From contig NC_092677.1 of the NCBI RefSeq assembly GCF_964355755.1, positions 21,315,175 to 21,379,174 on the forward strand: a stretch of 64,000 bases of DNA, read 5' to 3'. Position 1 is the first letter of the stretch. Every line of letters starts with the position of its first letter. Both the position numbers and the translations under genes were made by a program. The notes below the pieces were generated by a model that did no database searches, was not told the DNA's origin, and saw only the letters and a program-made list of their open reading frames with translations. Below, piece by piece: positions 14,357 to 23,900 of this stretch. This DNA is from Antedon mediterranea (lineage: Eukaryota; Animalia; Echinodermata).

Positions 14357-15195
14357 CTAGAATTGGTAGCAAAATTTATCTCCCATTGCTCTGTCTTTGT
14401 TTAGTTGATCCTTGAATGCATTTATGTTTTCTGCTTGTACTGTAGTGTGGTATAGATTGTTCCATGTGTTGACGATTCTACATGAAAAGGAGTGGCTTCT
14501 GATTTTCAGTCGGGCTCTTGGCTTTCTTAATTTGAATTGATGGCCCCTTGTTCTACTGACCTCTCTAAAGTCAAAAAAGGTTTCGGCTTCAATATCATCC
14601 AAGCCCTTGATAATTTTAAACACTTGTATAATGTCCGCTCTCCTTCTTCTGTAATTCAGTGTAGGTAATCCAAGCTCTTTTAATCTCTGATCGTAAGATT
14701 TATCTCTTAACTTTTTGACAATTTTAGTGGCCCTACGCTGCACTCTTTCAAGCTTATCCAAATCACCTTTTAGGAGAGGGTACCATATACAGCTTGCGTA
14801 TTCCAGATGAGGTCGAATTATACTTTTATAAAGGGGCAGGAACATATCCTTATCCATGTAAGCAAAAGATCGCCTTACCAATCCAATGAGTCTATTTGCT
14901 TTATTTACAGCTTCATTCGTATGTAGTGAAAAGACTGATCAAAAGTAACTCCAAGGTCCTTTTCGGTATTGGCATTTGGCAGATCCTCGTCACCTTCCTC
15001 TGTTGGCATAGTGAATTGCATTTGTGGATTTGAATTTCCATAATGTATTACTTTACATTTATTGATGTTGAATTTCAGCTGCCATCTTTTAGACCAATCG
15101 GATAATGCCTTGAGATCATTTTGAACAGTATCATTTCTGTTATCATACACAACATTAAACATCTTAGTGTCATCTGCAAACATCCATACTTTAGA
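14357..15195 (-). pseudogene. LINE ORF2 reverse transcriptase C-terminal fragment, frameshifted near 14915-14935
   Basis: ORFs 14905-15183 and 14357-14881 are consecutive parts of one ORF2 (..DLGVTFDQS / NEAVNKANRLIGLVRRSF..). The fragment begins just before the FADD catalytic motif, so the endonuclease and most of the RT are absent. Confidence 0.9.
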
Positions 15196-16518
15196 TCAGA
15201 TATATCAGATATATTTAGATTGTTTGAATCACCAGATAAGATGAGGTCTGCAAATGAAACTAGTTTAGCTGATAGTTTGTGGTCAACAGCAATCGAGGTT
15301 GCTCCAGAACCTCCTGATCAAATTCAGTACGTCTTAGATGGAGGAGCACTACTTCATAAAATTCCATGGACAAGAGGGGCTTTATGGGGTGACATTATGA
15401 GAGTATACACTAAATATGTTTCTCACAAATATGGAAAACCCATTGTTGTTTTTGATGGGTACGATAACTCACTAAGTACAAAAGACTGTACACATACAAG
15501 GAGAAATGGTGGTGGTGGTGTAGCTGTACACTTTGACCAATCTATGACCTTGCAAACCAAAAAAGAAGAATTTCTGTCAAACGTTCAAAACAAACAAAGA
15601 TTCATTAAGATTTTGGGAAATAGTCTTGAAAAAGACGGTTTTACTGTTCACCACGCAGAAGCTGACGCTGACTATCTTGTGTCGAAGATGGCTCTGTCCT
15701 GTGCAGAACAAATAGGCACGGTTGTCATCGCAGATGATACAGATATCCTGGTCCTCCTTATCCACCATGGTGGTCACACCAAACATAATGTATGGTTCAA
15801 GCCAAACCAAAGGAAAGAAACTAAAAAGGTGCAACGATGTTGGAACATTGCAGCAACAAGACTTGACCTTGGCAGCGATGTTTGTAAATATATCCTATTT
15901 TGTCACGCGTTCCTTGGATGTGACACGACATCGCGATTTTTTGGTATTGGGAAAATCAAAGCAGTAACTAAAGTAAGAAGTGACTGTTTCTTTTCTTAAC
16001 AAGCGAAAGTGTTTATGACTTGTAAGGCAAACAGACAGGAGGTAATTGCAGCGGGTAATAACGCCATTTTGTCTTTGTATGGTAGCAGCGATAATGAAAA
16101 CCTAGATGAATTGAGGTTTCGTAAATTTCATGAAAAGACTACATGCAGTACTAAAGCAGTTCATCCACGTTCTTTACCTCCAACGGCATCAGCGGCAAAG
16201 TATCATAGTCTAAGGGTGTACCAACAAGTTCAAGTTTGGCTTGGAAATGAAGAAAATGTACCTCCAGATAAATATGGATGGAAGATCAGCCAAGGCAGGA
16301 TGATACCATATTTGACGGACAACCCCCCAGCACCACAATCGCTCCTACAAATCATAAGATGCAAATGCAAAACAGGCTGCTATAATATGAAATGCAGCTG
16401 TAGGAACAATTGATTAGATTGCTCCATGGCATGTAGTGAGTGTCGAGGTGTATGCGCAAACATTTCACTAGATGATAATGAAGATACCGACTCTGAAGAT
16501 TCAACAATGGGTTTGTAA
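15196..16518 (+). pseudogene. Transposon gene remnant, downstream part: XPG/FEN1 (PIN-fold, H3TH) nuclease domain plus C-terminal CXC/tesmin-like Cys finger
   Basis: Motifs YVLDGG (~15330), VVFDGY (~15445), EADAD (~15658), DDTD (~15733) and GCDTTS..GIGK (~15916) match the FEN1/XPG acidic active-site pattern and H3TH. The same frame continues through stops at 15997-15999 and 16411-16413 to CKCKTGCYNMKCSCRNN*LDCSMACSECRGVC (9 Cys) and an acidic tail, ending at TAA 16516-16518. Confidence 0.87.
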
Positions 16519-16714
16519 AATCAGACGATTGGTAAATATTCTCAACCAGGCCTATTTGGATGTTTTTCTGTTTTGTGTGTTTTTAGAGTAAATATAAACA
16601 GAATAATGAATAGTTAAATGTTATCTTGGGTGCTGATCTATGAAGAAATATAACACCAATATATTGCCCCAATTACTAAACGTTTTCTGGATAGATATCT
16701 AAAGTAAAAATAAT

Positions 16715-17580
16715 TACTTTCGCATTGACTATATACACAGACATTTTTTATTGGATATCCTTCTGAGTTGTTTGGCACAAAAAATGCTCATCTAAACCCA
16801 TAGTTCACAAAGATGCAAATATATAAATATAATAGTTGAAAGCTTCCGGTCATTTTCTGTAAAAAAAGTTTCATTAGAGTAAATAAATATGGTTCTTCTG
16901 AATTGTTTAACACAAAAGTTACGCTTATTATTGGTCATCGAGATACAAAAAATATATTTAGTGAGATATGAAATAAAGAATATCGGTCAAAACGATGACT
17001 TCCGGTCATAACACACAACACTTTTTCATTAGACTGAATATAAACATAGACCTTTTGAATATTTTGACACAAAAAATGCTCATCTACGCCCATTGGTTAC
17101 AAAGATATGAATATACCAATATAATAGGTCAAAGGTCAAAAGAGTAGTTTCCGGTCATTTTTTTGTAAAAAGTTTTATTAGAGTGAATATAAATAAGGGT
17201 CTTCTGAATTGATTAACACAAAAATTACGAAGTTACGCCTATTGGTCACCGAGATACAAAAAATTTAATTAGTGAAATAATATAAAATAATGAATATATG
17301 TCAAAGGTCAAAATGATGTCGTCTGGTCATAATACACAAAACGTTTTCATTAGAGTGAATATAAACATAGACCTTCTGGGTAATTTGACACCAAAAACGC
17401 TTGTTTACGCCCAGTGGTTACCGAGATATGAATATGCCAAAATAATAAGTCAAGGGTCAAAAACATGGATTCCGGTCATTTTTGATAAAAAACTTTCATT
17501 AGAGTGAATATAAATATGGGTCTTCTGAATTGTTTGACACCAAAATTACCAAGTTCGGCCAAGCGGTTACTGAGATATAC
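16715..17580. repeat. Right subterminal tandem array, about six diverged units alternating between two types (~150 and ~170 bp spacing)
   Basis: A CATTAGAGTGAATATAAA...CTTCTGAATTGTTTGACAC-like motif occurs at ~17497, ~17348, ~17176, ~17027, ~16872 and, degenerate, ~16722. Units alternate between the 'TATGGGTCTTCTG' and 'CATAGACCTT' versions. Confidence 0.8.
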
Positions 17581-17752
17581 AAATATATAATTTGACCCTC
17601 ATGACCTCTTGACCCCTTAAAAAAGTATGTTCCACTGAACCGATTTTGGTAGATTTTGGAAATGTTTCTTCCAGGAACATATAGAATCAAATAAAAAAGG
17701 TTCGGAAACTATTGCAATTTGTTTTGGGTCTATCGGTAGATTGACTGGACTA
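16975..17752 (-). repeat. Right terminal inverted repeat arm (~780 bp, imperfect)
   Basis: Colinear reverse complement of 12887-13630. For example AGGTCAAAGGTCAAAA at 17126 pairs with TTTTGACCTTTGACCT at 13515, and CGGTCAAAA at ~16984 pairs with TTTTGACCG at ~13610. Confidence 0.85.
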
Positions 17753-17755
17753 AAA
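17753..17755. repeat. Right target-site duplication (AAA)
   Basis: Follows ...GGACTA directly; A-count comparison with empty monomers gives a 3 bp duplication. Confidence 0.9.
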
Positions 17756-20700
17756 AACATCAAAGAGCAAAAAATAGCTTAATATCGTATTTAAAAACGT
17801 TTTAGACCATTTTGAGCATTTCGACAAAACTTTTTCACACAAAACAACAAAGTGTACAGAATAGCTTCAAATCGCATTTGGAGACGTTTTAACCCATTTT
17901 GAGCATTTCGATAAAATTTTACACACAAAAACATCAAAGTGCACAAAATAGCTTAATATGGTATTTAAAAACGTTTTAGACCATTTTGAGCATTTCAACA
18001 AAACTTTTTCTCACAAAACATCAAAGTGTACAGAATAGCTTCAAATCGCATTTGGAGACGTTTTAGACCATTTTGTGCATTTCGATGAAACTTGGTTACA
18101 CAAAAACATCAAAGTGCTTAAAATCACATTTTGAGCATTTCGTTAAAACTTTTCACACAAAAACATAAAAGTCCACAAAATAGCTTAATATCGTATTTAA
18201 AAACGTTTTAGACCATTTTGAGCATTTCGAAAAAACTTTTCCACACAAAACATCAAAGTTTACAAAATAGCTTCAAATCGCATTTGGAGACGTTTTAGAT
18301 CATTTTGTGATTTTCGAAAAAACTTGTTAACATAAAAACACCAAAGTGCTCAGAATACCTTCAAATCGCATTTGGAGACGTTTTAGACCCTTTTGTGCAT
18401 TTCGATGAAACTTGGTTACACAAAAACATCAAAGTGCTTAAAATCACATTAGAAACCGTTTTAGACCATTTTGAGCATTTCGATAAAATTTTTCACAGAA
18501 AAACATCAAAGAGCAAAAAATAGCTTAATATCGTATTTAAAAACGTTTTAGACCATTTTGAGCATTTCGACAAAACTTTTTCACACAAAACATCAAAGTG
18601 TACAGAATAGCTTCAAATCGCATTTGGAGACGTTTTAACCCATTTTGAGCATTTCGATAAAATTTTACACACAAAAACATCAAAGTGCACAAAATAGCTT
18701 AATATGGTATTTAAAAACGTTTTAGACCATTTTGAGCATTTCAACAAAACTTTTTCTCACAAAACATCAAAGTGTACAGAATAGCTTCAAATCGCATTTG
18801 GAGACGTTTTAGACCATTTTGTGCATTTCGATGAAACTTGGTTACACAAAAACATCAAAGTGCTTAAAATCACATTTTGAGCATTTCGTTAAAACTTTTC
18901 ACACAAAAACATCAAAGTCCACAAAATAGCTTAATATCGTATTTAAAAACGTTTTAGACCATTTTGAGCATTTCGAAAAAACTTTTCCACACGAAACATC
19001 AAAGTTTACAAAATAGCTTCAAATCGCATTTGGAGACGTTTTAGACCATTTTGTGATTTTCGAAAAAACTTGATAACATAAAAACACCAAAGTGCTCAGA
19101 ATACCTTCAAATCGTGTTTTGAGACGTTTTAGACCATTTTGTAATTTTCGAAAAAACTTGTTAACATAAAGACACCAAAGTGCTCAGAATACCTTCACAT
19201 CGAATTTTGAGACGTTTTAGACCATTTTGTGATTTTCGAAAAAACTTGTTAACATAAAAACACCAAAGTGCTTAGAAAAGCTTGAAATCGCATTTGGAGA
19301 CGTTTTAGACCATTTTGTGCATTTCGATGAAACTTGGTTACACAAAAACCTCAAAGTGCTTAAAATCACATTTTGAGCATTTCGGTAAAACTTTTCACAC
19401 AAAAACATCAAAGTCCAGAAAATAGCTTAATATCGTATTTAAAAATGTTTTAGACCATTTTGAGCATTTCGAAAAAACTTTTCCACACAAAACATCAAAG
19501 TTTACAAAATAGCTTTAAATCGCATTTGGAGACGTTTTAGACCATTTTGTTCATTTCGATGAAACAAAAACACAAAAACATCAAATTGCACAAAATGGCT
19601 TAATATGATATGGGAAAACGTTTTAGACCATTTTGAACATTTCGTTAAAAGTTTTCACAAAAAAACATCAAAGTCCACAAAATAGCTTAATATCGTATTT
19701 AAAAACGTTTTAGGCCATTTTGAGCATTTCGAAAAAACTTTTTCACACAAAACATCAAAGTTTACAAAATAGCTTCAAATCGCATTTGGAGACGTTTTAG
19801 ACCATTTTGTGATTTTCGAAAAAACTTGTTAACATAAAAACACCAAAGTGCTCAGAATACCTTCAAATCGCATTTTGAGACGTTTTAGACCATTTTGTGA
19901 TTTTCGAAAAAACTTGTTAACATAAAAACACCAAAGTGCTCAGAATACCTTCAAATCGTGTTTTGAGACGTTTCAGACCATTTTGTGATTTTGGAAAAAC
20001 TTGTTAACATAAAAACACCAAAGTGCTCAGAATACCTTCAAATCGCATTTGGAGACGTTTTAGACCATTTTGTGATTTTCGAAAAAAACTTGTTAACATA
20101 AAAACACCAAAGTGCTCAGAAAAGCTTCAAATCGCAATTGGAGACGTTTTAAACCATTTTGTTCATTTCGATGAAACTTGGTTACACAAAATCATCAAAT
20201 TGCACAAAATGGCTTAATATGGTATGGGAAAACGTTTTAGACCATTTTGAACATTTCGAGAAAACTTTTTCACACAAAACTTCAAAGTGTACAGAATAGC
20301 TTCAAATCGCATTAGAAACCGTTTTAGACCATTTTGAGCATTTCGAAAAAACTTTTTCACACAAAACATCAAAGTTTACAAAATAGCTTCAAATCGCATT
20401 TGGAGACGTTTTAGACCATTTTGTGATTTTCGAAAAAACTTGTTAACATAAAAACACCAAAGTGCTCAGAATACCTTCAAATCGCATTTTGAGACGTTTT
20501 AGACCATTTTGTGATTTTCGAAAAAACTTGTTAACATAAAAATACCAAAGTGCTCAGAATACCTTCAAATCGTGTTTTGAGACGTTTTAGACCATTTTGT
20601 GATTTTCGAAAAAACTTAACATAAAAACACCAAAGTGCTCAGAATACCTTCAAATCGCATTTGGAGACGTTTTAGACCATTTTGTGATTTTGGAAAAAAC

Positions 20701-20999
20701 TTGTTAACATAAAAACACCAAAGTGCTTAGAAAAGCTTCAAATCGCATTTGGAGACGTTTTAGACCCTTTTGTGCATTTCGATGAAACTTGGTTACACAA
20801 AAACATCAAAGTGCTTAAAATCACAGTAGAAACCGTTTTAGACCATTTTGAGCATTTCGTTAAAATTTTTCACAGAAAAACATCAAAGAGCAAAAAATAG
20901 CTTAATATCGTATTTAAAAACGTTTTAGACCATTTTGAGCATTTCGACAAAACTTTTTCACACAAAACATCAAAGTGTACAGATAAGCTTCAAATCGCA

Positions 21000-23900
21000 T
21001 TTGGAGACGTTTTAAACCATTTTGAGCATTTCGATAAAATTTTACACACAAAAACATCAAAGTGCACAAAATAGCTTAATATGGTATTTAAAAACGTTTT
21101 AGACCATTTTGAGCATTTCAACAAAACTTTTTCTCACAAAACATCAAAGTGTACAGAATAGCTTCAAATCGCATTTGGAGACGTTTTAGACCATTTTGTG
21201 CATTTCGATGAAACTTGGTTACACAAAAACATCAAAGTGCTTAAAATCACATTTTGAGCATTTCGTTAAAACTTTTCACACAAAAACATCAAAGTCCACA
21301 AAATAGCTTAATATCTTATTTAAAAACGTTTTAGACCATTTTGAGCATTTCGAAAAAACTTTTTCACACAAAACATCAAAGTTTACAAAATAGCTTCAAA
21401 TCGCATTTGGAGACGTTTTAGACCATTTTGTGATTTTCGAAAAAACTTGTTAACATAAAAACACCAAAGTGCTCAGAATACCTTCAAATCGCATTTGGAG
21501 ACGTTTTAGACCATTTTGTGATTTTCGAAAAAACTTGTTAACATAAAAACACCAAAGTGCTTAGAAAAGCTTCAAATCGCATTTGGAGATGTTTTAGACC
21601 ATTTTGTGCATTTCGATGAAACTTGGTTAAACAAAAACATCAAAGTGCTTAAAATCACATTTTGAGCATTTCGTTAAAACTTTTCACACAAAAACATCAA
21701 AGTCCACAAAATAGCTTAATATCGTATTTAAAAACGTTTTAGACCATTTTGAGCATTTCGAAAAAACTTTTCCACACAAAACATCAAAGTTTACAAAATA
21801 GCTTCAAATCGCATTTGGAGACGTTTTAGACCATTTTGTGATTTTCGAAAAAACTTGTTAACATAAAAACACCAAAGTGCTCAGAATACCTTCAAATCGT
21901 GTTTTGAGACGTTTTAGACCATTTTGTAATTTTCGAAAAAACTTGTTAACATAAAAACACCAAAGTGCTCAGAATACCTTCACATCGCATTTTGAGACGT
22001 TTTAGACCATTTTGTGATTTTCGAAAAAACTTGTTAACATAAAAACACCAAAGTGCTTAGAAAAGCTTGAAATCGCATTTGGAGACGTTTTAGACCATTT
22101 TGTGCATTTCGATGAAACTTGGTTACACAAAAACATCAAAGTGCTTAAAATCACATTTTGAGCATTTCGTTAAAACTTTTCACACAAAAACATCAAAGAG
22201 TAATAAATAGCTTAATATCGTATTTAAAAACGTTTTAGACCATTTTGAGCATTTCGACAAAATTTTTTCAAACAAAACATCAAAGTGTACAGAATAGCTT
22301 TAAATCGCATTTGGAGACGTTTTAGACCATTTTGTTCATTTCGATGAAACAAAAACACAAAAACATCAAATTGCACAAAATGGCTTAATAAGATATGGGA
22401 AAACGTTTTAGACCATTTTGAACATTTCGTTAAAAGTTTTCACACAAAAACATCAAAGTCCACAAAATAGCTTAATATCGTATTTAAAAACGTTTTAGAC
22501 CATTTTGAGCATTTCGAAAAAACTTTTTCACACAAAACATCAAAGTTTACAAAATAGCTTCAAATCGCATTTGGAGACGTTTTAGACCATTTTGTGATTT
22601 TCGAAAAAACTTGTTAACATAAAAACACCAAAGTGCTCAGAATACCTTCAAATCGCATTTTGAGACGTTTTAGACCATTTTGTGATTTTCGAAAAAACTT
22701 GTTAACATAAAAACACCAAAGTGCTCAGAATACCTTCAAATCGCATTTGGAGACGTTTTAGACCATTTTGTGATTTTCGTAAAAACTTGTTAACATAAAA
22801 ACACCAAAGTGCTTAGAAAAGTTTCAAATCGCATTTGGAGACGTTTTAGACCATTTTGTTCATTTCGATGAAACTTGGTTACTCAAAAACATCAAATTGC
22901 ACAAAATGGCTTAATATGGTATGGGAAAACGTTTTAGACCATTTTGAACAATTCGAGAAAACTTTTTCACACAAAACTTCAAAGTGTACAGAATAGCTTC
23001 AAATCGCATTAGAAACCGTTTTAGACCATTTTGAGCATTTCGAAAAAACTTTTTCACACAAAACATCAAAGTTTACAAAATAGCTTCAAATCACATTTGG
23101 AGACGTTTTAGACCATTTTGTGATTTTCAAAAAAACTTGTTAACATAAAAACACCAAAGTGCTCAGAATACCTTCAAATCGCATTTTGAGACGTTTTAGA
23201 CCATTTTGTGATTTTCGGAAAAACTTGTTCAACATAAAAACACCAAAGTGCTCAGAATACCTTCAAATCGTATTTTGAGACGTTTTAGACAATTTTGTGA
23301 TTTTCGAAAAAACTTGTTAACATAAAAACACCAAAGTGCTTAGAAAAGCTTCAAATCGCATTTGGAGACGTTTTAGACCATTTTGTGCATTTCGATGAAA
23401 CTTGGTTACACAAAAACATCAAAGTGTACAGAATAGCTTCAAATCGCATTAGAAACCGTTTTAGACCTTTTTGAGCATTTCGAAAAAACTTTTTCACACA
23501 AAACATCAAAGTGTACAAAATAGCTTCAAATCGCATTTGGAGACGTTTTAGACAATTTTGTGATTTTCGAAAAAACTTGTTTACATAAAAACACCAAAGT
23601 GCTCAGAATAGCTTCCAATCGCATTTTGAGACGTTTTAGACCCTTTTGTGCATTTCGATGAAACTTGGTTACACAAAAACATCAAAGTGCTTAAAATCAC
23701 AGTAGAAACCGTTTTAGACCATTTTGAGCATTTCGTTAAAATTTTTCACAGAAAAACATCAAAGAGCAAAAAATAGCTTAATATCGTATTTAAAAACGTT
23801 TTAGACCATTTTGAGCATTTCGACAAAACTTTTTCACACAAAACATCAAAGTGTACAGATAAGCTTCAAATCGCATTTGGAGACGTTTTAAACCATTTTG

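Larger units (their letters stand above)
14273..15195 (-). mobile_element. 5'-truncated non-LTR retrotransposon (CR1/L2 group, CR1-like) nested antisense in the transposon gene
   Basis: Minus-strand RT C-terminal motifs MFADDTK, WQLKFNINKCKVIH, EKDLGV, LYKSIIRPHLEYA, LERVQRRATK, RTRGH, FSCRIVNTWNNL. A short 3' UTR ends in the tail ..TTCAAGTAAGTAAGTAAGAGTAA. Removing it restores the host reading frame. Confidence 0.92.
12887..17752 (+). mobile_element. TIR DNA transposon, defective and internally deleted, most likely Academ superfamily (XPG-nuclease-encoding type), 4,866 bp
   Basis: Seen: starts TAGTCCAGTCAATCTA and ends TAGATTGACTGGACTA (exact 16 bp inverted repeat); 3 bp AAA duplication relative to the empty site CACAGAAAAACATC; coding remnant with XPG/FEN1-like motifs and a Cys-rich tail. 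Known: Academ elements have 3-4 bp TSDs and encode a transposase plus XPG domain plus Cys-rich finger. TIR transposon status is near certain; the family label is by motif recognition. Confidence 0.88.

Noticed and set aside
15121-15195. N-terminus of the 292 aa ORF as a real start, or an RT-nuclease fusion or two-gene system
   Set aside because: The first ~25 codons are the antisense strand of the LINE. RT and nuclease are on opposite strands, the RT is truncated and tailed, and its removal restores the host frame, so this is a nested insertion.
13864-15967. Shadow ORFs 13864-14079 (-), 15577-15834 (-) and 15722-15967 (+)
   Set aside because: They are alternative frames overlapping the better-supported transposon gene.
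15997-16413. Programmed stop read-through or selenocysteine at the TAA and TGA
   Set aside because: The gene has several other inactivating lesions, and single substitutions (e.g. GGA>TGA in the CXC motif) explain the stops.
15196-16518. Host FEN1/XPG/EXO1/GEN1 or tesmin gene
   Set aside because: It is intronless, disrupted by stops and enclosed by TIRs with a TSD, so a transposon origin is the simpler reading; no gene symbol assigned.
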